Assembly (NCBI GenBank): GCA_950097015.1 | Contig: CATNEN010000038.1 | Span: forward strand, 9,982,001 to 10,046,000 | From: Macrostomum hystrix | Taxonomy: Eukaryota > Animalia > Platyhelminthes | Length of the DNA stretch: 64,000 nucleotides | Reading direction: 5' to 3' | Shown: positions 11,401 to 26,000 of the stretch, piece by piece | How the letters are laid out: each line of letters starts with the position of its first letter | Position numbering within the stretch: the first letter of the stretch is position 1 | Notes under the pieces: model-generated | The model's input: only the letters and a program-made list of their open reading frames with translations | Told to the model about the DNA's origin: nothing | Databases searched by the model: none | Made by a program: the position numbers and the translations under genes

Positions 11401-14400
11401 GTAGGTAGCTTAACTTGTAGAGAACATTAATTCAAAATTTCAGGGTATGTAAAGTGCCATTTTTATTAAAAGACTTTCTTTTAAACAAACCCCTCTAGCT
11501 AAACCAGACAGACACTACAAGCTTCTGCCATAATGTAGTGAATTTATTCAGCTTTCTAATAAAACAAAAAATTTCAAAATCGATTTAACGAAGCGGAAAT
11601 TTTCCTTGTTTTTCTTCAAGTAGTGAAAATGTTGGACAGCCGATTCTGGTCCAGAAAATGGGTTGAAGTTCTATGCATAGCCTATAGTGAAGTAGCTGGT
11701 CTATAGTCTATGGGAGGGTGGGTGTAGGTCCAGTTTTGTACAGTGCGCATGTACAGTCTAGATGTACACTTGATAGCCAGAGAGAATCTATTAGTGCTTT
11801 GCGTGCCAAATGTAGCGGCTTGTCTATAAATTCTAGGGTTGAACCTGGGATCAGTTATTTAGCACACTACTGATCCACATTGCACATTGCATATTGTATT
11901 CTCGTGGACTGAGAGTCTTAGTGAATCAATAAGGTGTCCCGCAATCTAGGTGCAACACCGATTTTTACCTTTGCACTTTCCAGGACGGACTTCTGTAAAA
12001 GCGTGAACAGTCAGATTTATTCAGCTTAATGCTATCTATAATGTTTTTCTAGTCCTTCAGTTAAAACCACTGTTACAAAACATTCTGCAAAGTTTTTAGA
12101 TCAATCGAAGCAGCTTATGGTCTTACCTGTACCTCATATTATTATCTTACTGATTAATTAGGATTTTGTAGCATTGGGAAAGCAAATTTAAGATGAAACA
12201 CCTTTCGATTGGAAGCATTATAAATCAACAGCATATTAACGAATAAAAAATGTAAAAAATAATATTAATTAACGCACTTCGAGGAATCTAGGTCAAAAGC
12301 CGCGAAAAACGATGAACTCATCAAAGTATTTACGGAAAAAAAACAAATTTTCTTCAAATAACTGACTAAAATTGACGGAGATCTGTACACGAACTGTATA
12401 AAATGATTAACAGTTATCTGACCAGCAGTCACTGTTAAACAGAGAGCAGTTATTCAGCTTCCGATTAGCAAAATCCAACCATTATGTAAGAACCAATAGA
12501 AATGACTCCAAACCTACATGGCACACAGCCGCAGGTATTGCACAGCGCATCCAAAAGCTAGTTGCGTACAGTTGTTCAGTCCAGGGACTAGGGAAATGTC
12601 CTAGGCAACCGAATTTCTACTTAGGACCACTAGGAGAAGAATGACGGAAAATGCGTTTCTTAGAAAAAGTTTTGGAGGCTGGGCTTCTGCAAGTTTTTGC
12701 AAAAGTTTCTGCACAATTAATTTAGCGACTGTGTTTGATTGGAGGCAGATCGAAGGCTCAAATAAGGTTACCTTATTTATAGCTTCATCGATTTTTTGTC
12801 AAGCTTTATTTGTGAGAACATCGATTCTTTTCACAATGTGCCCTCCCTGTGACTAAATATGTACCTGAAACAAAAGACCACACGGAAACTAGTTCTTTGT
12901 TTAGTCCATTCTCAGATCAATGACAAGCTAATATATGTGTGGTGCCAGGGCACTGAGCACGGGCACTACACTTTGTTTCGTGTGGACTTGACAATAACTT
13001 GAATTGCTCATATTAGGTAGCCCGTCTCTCTCCTGCTCTCTTGCTATTGGCTGGCGAGCCACCCCCTCTCCTTTCACTCTCTACCCCAATGTACGTCCCG
13101 ACTAGTTGCTTATCTTCTTCTCATGTACTTGTAGGTTGCTGATATTCAAATTATTGGAATCGGCAGGGCGCGTTCTTAGCCTATTGACGCCAATTGACGG
13201 CATGACAAAATGGAAAAATTTTATTTTAAATTACTCCCTAGAATCTTGCCTAAAGGCATATTTGTTATTGTATTAATAGGCGCTGGTAATTATATTCATA
13301 TTGGCCTAGTAAAGTAAATAGTATAATAATCAAATTTTTCTGAAATAAGGCTTTTTGAAATGCGTCTAACTTTCTTAAGAAACTTTATTTCCCTTCCTTC
13401 TGCTCCTAGTAGTCCTTTATTTCTACCGATAACAATTGGGCCTGATGAGCTGCCGACAGCACAGCCGTAGCTATTGCGTGAGGAGACAAAGGAGGCAAAC
13501 TGTTCCCGGAGTCGGGAATTGAACCCCCGACCAAAAAGTCACAACAGGCTACCCACTGGTCCACAATCTCCCTAGAAGTTGGAGTGGAACTAAATCCAAT
13601 CGATTTTCAAATCAACATCCAATCATCAGCTCTGCTGAGTTTTGTTATGGCAACGCAACAAAGACTATAGATATAATTATTGAAAACAAAATTTAAATAA
13701 TTAAATAAGTAATTTAAAAAAAACTGCGTAAGAAAAGCGGACAAAATCGTGCGAAACAAAATTTACAAGAAATATTGAATCTGTGCGACGGTGGGTGCGG
13801 TCCCAACTGCACAAACACTGTTTGCTTTTTACGTTGCTGGTGAGCTGAAAGATTAGGAGTTGGTGTCATCGGCGCTGCATTGGTTCAGGCTGTCCGTCGG
13901 TCAAATATCAATTTAAATAACGCGATCTACTTTACAGGTGTTGAAAATAAAATTGTTAGGGCTTGAGTATAGGTGCATTTCTAATAAAATAATTGCCTTA
14001 TTTTTTATCAGGACGAAAAATTACTTGCTGAAAATGATAAATGTTGCCTGTCAAAGACATGTTCTTTAATGTAATTCTCGTTCGTAATTGTCAGTTCTAG
14101 GGAAAAAAGTTTTCCTGCTTCTTCGTCGCCATCGTTAAAAATGTTTGTATAAAAGCCTACACAATACTACTTTCAGTAGGTCACAAACTGAACAGCATTC
14201 AAACAGGCGGGTAACTCACCGCCTGTGCGTCTGTTTTCGGCCGCCCTTCCGCTTGCTGATGTGCGGGTTCTCTTTGCGCATCACCTTGGTCTTGAAGATC
14301 TCCAGCTGGGTGTACAGGCGCTTCAACTCCGCCTGTGGGTGTGATATTGATAGTAATAACAATAATAATAATAATAAACACTGGCTGCCCATTTCGCTAA

Positions 14401-16823
14401 CTCCTGAGCACACACGCACTCACAAAATGTGTACATTTATCTACCCTCGACTTTCTCTTCGTCAGGCAGGGTACAATTTTCACTGTGCCTTGGTGGTTGG
14501 CACTCAAGGGCGTGAGTTGCTCAACAAGCACCCCCACAAGCCTTCGTGACCTCGCCATGGAATCGAGCTCAGGGAACTTGGTGCCAATGAAGAAGTTTAA
14601 TTTTAACGAGGTCCCTGAGCTCGATTTCGCGGCGAGGCCACATTTATTTGGCTTTTAGAGGCTTTTTCTGCAATTTTTGTCGGTGAGAAAGTCATGGCAG
14701 ATGTACACACCTGTTTTAGTATGTCCCTAGGTACTGTATCTGAGTGCGTGTGTGCTCAGGAGTCAGCGAAATGGGCAGAATTGCCTCCTCGCTGGCTGCG
14801 GGTCTAGTGTCACCAAAGTATGTGCCATTGCCCGCAGCCCTCCTGCAATTAAAATAAGAAAATTTCACAGCAAGCAACTTGCCCGTATGTCCTCCGGGTT
14901 CATGTCCGTGATGTTGATCTCCAAGGCGTCCACATCGCCATTGGTAGCCAGGGCCATCGGGCTGATGGCTTCGCCGAGGTGACCGCCGACTTGAGAGTAC
15001 ATCAGGCTGCGGCTGTTCATTGAATTCTTCGGTGGATTGTGCACGAACCACAGCTGGCGAAGTGGAAATGAATGGGTGGCATTGGGGGAGATTGTCTTGG
15101 GGCAAGGAACACCCGGGAGTTGGACGGGATACCACGTTTCTTAGAAAAGTTTTTGGAGGCTGGTTTTCCCCATAGTATCTAGACTACGGAGATGGGATGT
15201 TTATTGTCTTTCATTTCTTTTTTTTTCTTATGTTTTTGGATGTTTCACTGTGTCATCTCTCCTCTGTCTCATCTCTTCCCTGTCTCATCTCTCCTCTGTC
15301 TCATCTCTTCCCTGTCTCATCTCTCCTCTGTCTCATCTTTCCCCTGTCTCATCTCTCTTCGTTGTCTCATCTCTCCCGTGTCTCATCTCTCCCGTGTCTC
15401 ATTTCTCCCCTGTCTCATCTCTCCTCTGTCTCATCTCTTCCCTGTCTCATCTCTCCTCTGTCTCATCTTTCCCCTGTCTCATCTCTCTTCGTTGTCTCAT
15501 CTCTCCCGTGTCTCATCTCTCCCGTGTCTCATTTCTCCCCTGTCTCATCTCTCCTCTGTCTCATCTCTCCTCTGTCTCATCTCTTCCCTGTCTCATCTCT
15601 CCTCTGTCTCATCTCTCCTCTGTCTCATCTCTCCTCTGTCTCATCTCTTCCCTGTCTCATCTCTCCTCTGTCTCATCTCTTCCCTGTCTTAACTCTCCCC
15701 TAACTCATATGTTTCCTGTCGCATATCTCGCCTGTCTCATCTCTCTTCGTTGTCTCATCTCTCCCATGTCTCATCTCTCCCGTGTCTCATCTCTCCTCTG
15801 TCTCATCTCTCCCGTGTCTCATCTCTCCTCTGTCTCATCTTTCCCCTGTCTCATCTCTCCCCTGTCTCATCTCTCCCATGTCTCATCTCTCCCCTGTCTC
15901 ATCTCTCCCGTGTCTCATCTCTCCTCTGTCTCATCTTTCCCCTGTCTCATCTCTCCCGTGTCTCATCTCTCCCGTGTCTCATCTCTCCTCTGTCTCATCT
16001 TTCCCCTGTCTCATCTCTCCCGTGTCTCATCTCTCCCGTGTCTCATCTCTCCTCTGTCTCATCTTTCCCCTGTCTCATCTCTCCCCTGTCTCATCTCTCC
16101 CGTGTCTCATCTCTCCTCTGTCTCATCTTTCCCCTGTCTCATCTCTCCCCTGTCTCATCTCTCCCGTGTCTCATCTCTCCCCTGTCTCATCTCTCCCTTG
16201 TCTCATCTCTCCCCTGTCTCATACGGGTCCCGAAAATGCTGCGTAGACGTTGAGTATGCGTCTCCAGTTTCAATACTTTCTATACCAGCTCTTTGGCCGA
16301 GTCCTGCATATGCCACCAATTTCATCACTCCATGCACCGACGCACACGGTATTTGGCCCTGGAATTTCCTAGAAAAGCCGTAGAAAAAAATGTCGGAAAC
16401 AGCCCCTGGCCAGCAACCAGGTCTGGCGCTTTTGAAACACTTCAGGAACTGACGATACCCACCCTCGGTCCAATAACGAGAGCTGCGGTGACTGTCACAG
16501 TCATGTGACACCTGGCGAAGTACATCAGGTACAGGTAGTCAGGATGCAGCGTGTTCCACACAAAGTGTCTGAAATTGTTTTATGTCATATTTTTTAGTCG
16601 CGAATTTTACTTTCCAATTCTCGAATTTAATTTCGGTTTTTCGAAGTGCGCGATTCGTGAAGCAGTAGAAGAACCGTGCAGGCTTATAGGAGAGGCAAAT
16701 GAAATTAATGAGTGTCGCCTATATTATCCCCTTGACAATAGTAGCAGAAAAAGCGAAGGGAGTCTGGTGCAGTTTCACCTGCCGGCTCCACAATATTCAG
16801 GAGAATTTGGGCACTTGCACTTG

Positions 16824-16860
<37 letters not shown>

Positions 16861-16986
16861 ATTTCACAAAGCATCCGATGGATTTTCGGCGGCTGCACAA
16901 ACTGATACGCGAGATCAGGCTAGGCCAGCCGCGGGCCGAATAGGTCAGGAATTGTTGCCAGGGGCGGTTTCTGACTAGGAACAGAC

Positions 16987-17027
<41 letters not shown>

Positions 17028-20000
17028 ACCCAGACGCGGAGAGAAGAAATGAAATTGCGTGTCGGGGGTTCCAACAAGGTGGAATTCTCAGTTTTGAAGG
17101 CCGATTCCCACTGGGCGGTAAAGTGCATACCGAAATGCGCCGAATTCATTTGAGAGAAGAGACTGCTCAGAGTTTCCACTCAAGATCAAAGTTGAACTCT
17201 AAACACAGAACTCGGAAAGGAATTTGCAAGTTCGTTTTCGCCGCGCCTGCAGTCAGAGACTTAAGGACTGTTTTTCTGTGTTTTCTTCTCAACCTCAATA
17301 GACAAAAAAGCTTCTAATGAAATTTTGAGAGCAAAATCATGTCCAAGTGTAAGAAATGGTGCCTTCCGAGAGCATGACTGAAACCAGTGCTTTCAGGGTA
17401 GCTAGGAAAATTCAGGACTCAGTGTGACGAAGCATGCACAGACAGACAGACAGACAGACACAGACAGTTAGAGACAGACACATAGAGACAGACAGACAGA
17501 CAGGAACTCACCTGGCGATATGATAGGCCAGAGACACGATCAGTTCCACCGAGAAGGCGGACGTGATGCATCGGGTCTCGAAGCAGTCGGTGGGCGCTGA
17601 CCGCACGCAGTAGCAATAGAAGAGGCCTAAAGCCAGGAAGGCCATCTCGGCTAAAACGGCAAAAATTAGGCGCCAAATTTGAGCAATTGCTGACTAGAAA
17701 AAAAAACTCAGAGCTCCGCCAGAGCGCCTGACTGGCAGAGGCACTCACCGATGGCGCATACGGCCTCCCAGTAGCCAACAGCGCACACCCTGAACCCCAG
17801 CCGCTTGCCGGCCAACTGGCCGTCGTCCAAGATCAGCCGATGGCGGACAGCCTCCTGGCCGCAGTCCTGCCCCTGCAGGCTCAACGCCAGCCGCCTGCCG
17901 TGATCCACGGTGGCCGCGGTCCAGGCCGACATGAAGCCGACTGCGACTGTGACGATGGCGGTGAGATACTTCAGCAGGTCCCGATCGCGCACGTGGACCC
18001 GGTGGGCCTTGCGGGACTGGAAGCTGCACAGGACTCTGCAGCGAAGAGACGGGGGTGCAAGGAATGCTGTGTACATCTGTTCAGTCCGTGGACTGGTTAA
18101 TAAAATTAATTATTATATTTTCAGAAGGGTTGTGGACCCTGGCCCATCCTATAGAGACCAGTCAAGGACAAGTGTTTGCATCGTCAGTCAGTTTTAACTT
18201 TACAGTGCCTTGGAGGTTGGCCCTCAAGGGCGTGCATTCCACAAGCCTTCTCTCCGCTGCTGACTCCAAGTGAACGTGTGCCAGCCTCTTCAGATGAGGC
18301 ACTCCAAAGTGAGCAGTCCCGGGTACACTTTCTGCAGATCAGAAGGCGGAGTCTTATCCGATCAAGGCTTCCGTGTCTAAGAGGCTGGCTTCACTTGAGT
18401 CACTTGAGCTCTTAGAGCACACTGCTCGCGTGCACGCCACCAAGGTCTCGGATTTGGCCAAGTCTGACTGACATTCGAGACAACATCCTGAGACTTAGAG
18501 ATGAGCTGAGGGATATCTTCCATAGCCTGGGCAACTGACAATGGACTCTGACTAATAGCGAATTCGAGATAAATCTTTTGGCCTTGAGCACAAGTCTGAG
18601 CTGCCATCAAGTAGAATTGTTTTCCACGACAGCTGTCGATTTCATGCCCTCCTCATGTCTTCCTCATGTCACCCTTATGTGTCTCCCATGTCTTCCCCAT
18701 GTATATCTTATCTTTTCCTCATGTGTCTCTCATGTCTTCCTCATGTCTTCCTCATGTCTTCCTCATGTCTTCCTCATGTCTTCCTCATGTCTTCCCCATG
18801 TCTTCCCCATGTATATCTTATCTCTTCCCCACGTGTCTCTGTTTTCTTCCTTACGTGTATCACATTTCACCGCATTGCTGTCAATGGTCTGTGCTTGTGT
18901 TTCAGTGTCTCAGCTAATAATAACAGGTGTGCTCATCGGTCCTCTGATCTTCGATTCAGATTTCACACCTGTCCTATATCTCTACCAGCGCTCCTTTGGC
19001 GACTAAAAGATCCTTCGATAGAAAATCCCTAATCCCAAAGCCCGCACGCATCGTTGACTGTTAAGCCGAGCGAGCAATCGGTAGATTATCAATAATTCCT
19101 TAGACAGAGATGACCGCTCACAGGAATGCAAATCTGAATACGAATCCCCCAGATATGGGATAAATAACTGAGGGTTTTGGTCAGTCAAAGCAGTCAATGT
19201 TTTTTTTATTAAGTGATCAGGCGAGAATAATTCAGCCTAGAGAACAATCTTCCTTCTATGGAGAACACTTGGTAGAAAAAACATTTTTCCACCATGTGCG
19301 AAGTTCAGACAGCAAGCAAGTCAGCAGCCGCCTAATGTAATCTCTAGCGACAGACTATAGGGAGATAGCAAGCCTGCTCTAGTAGGACCTGCTTGCCAGT
19401 CAGGAAAGAAGCCGGCTAACTTCTGCCTTTATAATTTGTAGTTAAGGAGGCTAATACCCGCCTGCCTGTTCCTCTCTTTGATTTTCTATAGTCTGCTCCT
19501 GAGCCTGCTCCTGAGTCTGCTCCACCCCTGCAGGCCGGCGGCGGGGGGAGGGGCGTAATTAGCATGATTACAAAAGAGGGGGACTCGAAAAGGAGGCTTT
19601 GAGCTCGGGACTTGTCAGCTGCAGCTGCAGCTATAGGGGATCCGGACTGGAGGGTCGAAGGAGGGCTCGCATTGAACTCGAGCAGTTTTTTCTTTCTAGC
19701 TACATCGACAGAGAGAGAGAGAGAGGGGTGGGGAAGAGAGGAGAGGGATGATGAGCTGACTAGGCTGCAGCCTGGCGCGCATTCTATTAGACCTGATGTA
19801 CTCCGGTGGGGCAGGTAGGAGAGGCCAGGGCAAGGCTCCAGGGCAAAAACTCGGTCTGTTTAATTGCGTTCCTATTCCATTTTTAAAAAATTATGTTGTA
19901 GTTTTAGGCTAGTGGTTAGAGCGTCGGACTCACGACTTGAAGGTCGGGGGTTCGATTCCCACCGGAACAATTTGTGTCCTTTCGCTAGACACTTTACTCT

Positions 20001-23000
20001 CTGCTTTCTTCAGTTCACCCAGCTGTTAAATAAGCAGCATCAGCTGGGGTAATTGAGGATTGAGGTTGGGTGTGGCGTTCCCCCCAGTCCATGGACTGAA
20101 CAGCCTTCAAATGCCACCACGAAATAGCTGCGGCTTTGCTGTCGGCTGCACATTTATATTATTATTTCGATTTTTTGCCGCAATTTTCATTTTCATTTTC
20201 AAGTATGGTTGTACACAGTATGGCTGTACGCAGTTTGATTGTACACAGTGTAGTTGTACACAGTATAGTTGTACCCAGTATGTTTGTACACATTAAGGAT
20301 TGTGCACAGTATGTTTGTACACATTAAGGATTGTGCACAGTATGTTTGTACACATTAAGGATTGTGCACAGTATGTTTGTACACATTAAGGATTGTGCAC
20401 AGTATGTTTGTACACATTAAGGATTGTGCACAGTATGTTTGTACACATTAAGGATTGTGCACAGTATGTTTGTACACATTAAGGATTGTGCACAGAATGT
20501 TTGTACACATTAAGGATTGTGCACAGTATGTTTGTACACATTAAGGATTGTGCACAGTATGTTTGTACACATTAAGGATTGTGCACAGTATGTTTGTACA
20601 CATTAAGGATTGTGCACAGTATGGTTGAACAGTATGGTTGTACACAGTATGGTTGTACACAGTATAGTTGTACACATTATAGTTGTGCGCAGTATGGTTG
20701 TCGCCTACCTGTAGATTTTGACTAGCAGAGTGCCATAAGTTACGGCGAATCCGATCTCTCGCAGCCAGGGAATGATAAAGCAGATCTCAAAGCTTGGTTG
20801 CAGGTACATTAAGAACACCTGGCCGGGTTGTTTGTTTTGGAGTGAAAGCAAAATTAATCAAAGCCTTTCTACAGTGCAGAAATTATCTGAGCTAACAGTC
20901 CACGCAGGTGCAAATTCTGATCTTGGGGTTACTAACCGTTGAGTATAGCAGCAGGATGCCAACTAGAAATATCTCAAGAAGAATCCAAACCGAAGCTTTG
21001 ATTATCTGGAATAATTTTACTGCGCTTTAAGATTCGGAGAATTGGGATTCGGAGAATTGGGATTCGGAGAATTGGGATCCGAGAATCGGGATCCGGAGAA
21101 TTGGGATCCGGAGAATCGGGATCCGGAGAATCGGAGAATTAGGAGAATTCGGAGAATTAGGATTTGGAGAATTGTGATTCGGGGAATTTGGATTCGGAAA
21201 ATTGGGATTCGGAGAATTTGGGATTCGGAAAATTTGGATTCGGAGAATTTGGGATTCGGAGAATCGGGATTCGGAGAATTGGGATTCGGAGAATCGGGAT
21301 TCGGAGAATCGGGATTCGGAGAATCGGGATTCGGAGAATCGGGATTCGGAGAATTGGGATTCGGAGAATTGGGATCCGGAGAATCGGAGAATTAGGAGAA
21401 TTCGGAGAATTAGGATTTGGAGAATTGTGATTCGGGGAATTTGGATTCGGAAAATTGGGATTCGGAGAATTTGGGATTCGGAAAATTTGGATTCGGAGAA
21501 TTTGGGATTCGGAGAATCGGGATTCGGAGAATTGGGATTCGGAGAATCGGGATTCGGAGAATCGGGATTCGGAGAATCGGGATTCGGAGAATCGGGATTC
21601 GGAGAATCGGGATTCGGAGAATCGGGATTCGGAGAAGTTGGATTCGGAGAATCGGGATTCGGAGAATCGGGGTTTGGAGAAGTTGGATTCGGAGAAGTTG
21701 GATTCGGAGAATTTGGGATTCGGAGAATCGGGATTCGGAGAATTGGGATTCGGAGAATCGGGATTCAGAGAATTGGGATTCGGAGAATTGGGATTCGGAG
21801 AATTGGGATTCGGAGAATCGGGATTCGGAGAATCGGGATTCGGAGAATCGGGATTCGGAGAAGTGGGACTTCGAAGCAGCAGCTCACTCTGTTTTTCCTT
21901 GTTTTAAACACAATGCCAGCAACCAGCAGGCAGACGGTCATGCAGAAGGTCTGGATCACCAGTGGGAGAGCTCGCAGCGTGTCCAGGTCGTACTTGATCA
22001 GGCAGCGACCGTCGGTGGTGCAGGATCCGGGACAGTCAATGGGGCACGGACTGCACTCCATCGAGCTGTAGTTGGAGGTATTGTTAGCCAGCTGCTGGAG
22101 GTACTGCTGCCGCACCGACTCACCGGTGAAATTACCGTGATGAAAATATTTCCTACACTTGCAGTCGAAATTCTTGTCCGTGAAGCCGCGGCCGGGTATG
22201 TGCGAGCACTGGAGACGGTCAGGCGATAAGGAAGAGATTGTGCCCGCAGCCTAGTTCCCCGCCGGTCACCCCCCTCCACGACTGAGTCTTCCCCAGAGGA
22301 CTCAATTTTCAAAAATATTTTTCAACCAGCTGGAAAGACCACGTAGGAACTGCCTACTTCACGATGGCTCCCAAACCGAATGACCGATTTTCGTGAAAGT
22401 CCACCAATTATTTTATGGATCAAAGTTTTCCGCCCTTTGCGATCAAATCGAACTACCCCTCCGTCTCTAAACTCCCAGAGTGGCGCGAATCGATGTGGGG
22501 GCAATTTTCTCCCCATAGCTCGGACCTAAAACTATTTCGCTGCTTACCCAACGATATCGCCCTAAGCTTTCGGTCTTGACGTTTTGGTCGATTCTCTGAA
22601 GCTACCCTGGATTTGCCCCTAAAACCCACTACGGGCTATGAGCTATGAGCATCAACTGCACTCATTCCTGCTCAAAATCTCTGGCCTGTGTGCCTATTTT
22701 GCTGTTAATCTTTATATAGGGCTACAAGACTGAACAATAAACTTGTAGCCCTAGTCCATTTGACTAGTCCATTTGACTTGTAGCCTAGTCCACTTGCCAT
22801 TCACACCAAGGTCCCTGAGCTCGATTCCGCGACGAGGCCACATTCATTTAGGTCGCTGCCGCGGAGAGAAGGCTTGTGGGGTTGTACGGCAATTTTTTAA
22901 CGCCCTTGAGAGCCAACCTCAAAGGCACAGTGAGAGTCAACACTGCCTGACGATGAGAAAGCCAGGGCAGATGTACGCGCTCGTACACACCTGTGTGAGC

Positions 23001-26000
23001 GTATCCGTGTGCGTGTGTACTCAGTTTCTAAAGACTGAGCTCATGCCTTTAGAAATCCTTCAAAGTATTTCCACAAACCACATGCCTCATGTAGCTAGTT
23101 TCTCACAGCCATGCCTCCCATCCATGCTTATTTACCTCCGTAGTCGCCTGGTTGCAGATATTATTGGAGTAGAAAGTTCGGAATGTTGACTCATTGAGGC
23201 ACTGATTGATCTCCAGGTGTTTGAGTTCGAACTCCAGTACTAGCCAGCCTCTGTTGGGGCAAATGAGCAAATAGTCCTCTGGTTTAGCGAGAAACACATG
23301 GTCTAATCCATTCCATTCCACGCACAGGTGCTATAATTGTCCAACCATCCACCCCATTCCACGCACAGGTGCTATAATGGACCAACAATCCACCCATTCC
23401 ACGCACAGGTGCTATAATGGACTAACAATCCACCCATTCCACGCACAGGTGCTGTAATTGACCAACCATACACCCCATTCCACGCACAGGTGCTATAATT
23501 GATCAACCATCCACCTATTCCATGCACAGGTGCTGTAATAGACCAACCATCCACCCCATTCCACGCACAGGTGCTATAATTGATCAACCATCCACCTATT
23601 CCACGCACAGGTGATGTAATAGACCAACCATCCACCCTATTCCATGAACAGGTGCTGTAATAGACCAACCATCCACCCCATTCCACGCACAGGTGCTGTA
23701 ATTGGTCAACCATCCACCCTATTCCACGCACAGGTGCTGTAATAGATCAACCATCCACCCCATTCCACGCACAGGTGCTGTAATAGACCAATCATCCACC
23801 CCATTCCACGCACAGGTGCTGTAATTGATCAACCATCCACCTATTCCACGCACAGGTGCTGTATTTGATCAACCATCCACCCCATTCCACGCACAGGTGC
23901 TATAATTGTCCAACCATCCACCCCATTCCACGCACAGGTGCTATAATTGACCAACCATCCACCCCATTCCACGCACAGGTGCTATAATGGACCAACAATC
24001 CACCCATTTACGCACAGGTGCTATAATGGACTAACAATCCACCCATTCCACGCACAGGTGCTGTAATTGACCAACCATACACCCCATTCCACGCACAGGT
24101 GCTATAATTGATCAACCATCCACCTATTCCATGCACAGGTGCTGTAATAGACCAACCATCCACCCCATTCCACGCACAGGTGCTATAATTGATCAACCAT
24201 CCACCTATTCCACGCACAGGTGATGTAATAGACCAACCATCCACCCTATTCCATGAACAGGTGCTGTAATAGACCAACCATCCACCCCATTCCACGCACA
24301 GGTGCTGTAATTGGTCAACCATCCACCCTATTCCACGCACAGGTGCTGTAATAGATCAACCATCCACCCCATTCCACGCACAGGTGCTGTAATAGACCAA
24401 TCATCCACCCCATTCCACGCACAGGTGCTGTAATTGATCAACCATCCACCTATTCCACGCACAGGTGCTGTATTTGATCAACCATCCACCCCATTCCACG
24501 CACAGGTGCTATAATTGTCCAACCATCCACCCCATTCCACGCACAGGTGCTATAATTGACCAACCATCCACCCCATTCCACGCACAGGTGCTATAATGGA
24601 CCAACAATCCACCCATTTACGCACAGGTGCTATAATGGACCAACAATACACCCATTCCACGCACAGGTGCTATAATTGACCAACCATACACCCCATTCCA
24701 CGCACAGGTGCTATAATTGATCAACCATCCACCTATTCCATGCACAGGTGCTGTAATAGACCAACCATCCACCCCATTCCACGCACAGGTGCTATAATTG
24801 ATCAACCATCCACCTATTCCACGCACAGGTGCTGTAATAGACCCACCATCCACCCCATTCCATGCACAGGTGCTGTAATAGACCAACCATCCACCCCATT
24901 CCACGCACAGGTGCTGTAATAGACCAACCATCCACCCCATTCCACGCACAGGTGCTGTAATAGATCAACCATCCACCCCATTCCGCGCACAGGTGCTGTA
25001 ATAGACCAACCATCCACCCCATTCCATGCACAGGTGCTGTAATAGACCAACCATCCACCCCATTCCATGCACAGGTGCTGTAATAGATCAACCATCCACC
25101 CCATTCCATGCACAGGTGCTGTAATAGACCAACCATCCACCCCATTCCATGCACAGGTGCTGTAATAGACCAACCATCCACCCCATTCCATGCACAGGTG
25201 CTGTAATTGATCAACCATCCACCTCATTCCACGCACAGGTGCTGTAATTGATCAACCATCCACTCCATTCCATGCACAGGTGCTGTAATAGACCAACCAT
25301 CCACCCCATTCCACGCACAGGTGCTGTAATTGGTCAACCATCCACCCCATTCCACGCACAGGTGCTGTAATTGATCAACGATCCACCCCATTCCACGCAC
25401 AGGTGCTGTAAATGATCAACCATCCACCCCATTCCACGCACAGGTGCTGTAATTGATCAACCATCCACCCCATTCCACGCACAGGTAATGGGGCGGTTCC
25501 TTCGATTCAAGACTCACTTGATGCCAAGCTGTAACTTGCTGACGGAGCTGGTTGAAGCTTCGTCGAACCTGCCCATGAATGGCACCGCGTAGGAGACGAG
25601 CCAGCGTTTCCAGGGTGAGCAGAGAAACACAGGCGGGCCCCAAAAGCCTTCCTGTTGAGTGACGACTTTGATCTCTCCAGACGAGGTGAGCAGGTTGAGC
25701 GTGAATGGCAGCAGGCTCTTCTCCAGATTAGGTCTCATAGTCTGGCTAGGCCTGCCCACCACCTGCTCCACCAGTTTGTTGTAGTTCTTTTTGTGATGGT
25801 TGAACCACTCGAGACCGGGCTGGTCCTCCTTGAGGTACAACTCCTGGATGTAATTGTCGATGACAACTCGCTGATCGTTGCTCCTGTAGGCGTGGGGCAC
25901 CGTGTTCAGCGGGCTGTTCTGGCTGGCGAAGGTGACCGCGTAGCAGCCGAAGACGCGCTTGTCGCTGGCCACCACCGAGCTGACCACGCTGTACCAGAAG

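Noticed and set aside
15171-16256. Possible CATA...TATG termini enclosing the 17-bp array
   Set aside because: The TIR similarity is weak and there is no TSD.
19907-19980. tRNA-like sequences with A and B boxes (also 32700-32762 and 62575-62643)
   Set aside because: No complete cloverleaf or acceptor stem; they are fused to multi-copy SINE bodies.
22945-22975. CTGACGA-TGA-GAAA and CTCAGGAG-TCAG-CGAAA resemble minimal hammerhead cores (also CTGATGAG at 13442)
   Set aside because: Stems I and III and a cleavage triplet cannot be formed; the motifs sit in ordinary SINE hairpins.
23305-25486. Regular 41-bp repeats superficially like a CRISPR array
   Set aside because: The monomers are contiguous with no unique spacers, lie in a eukaryotic intron, and have no cas genes nearby.
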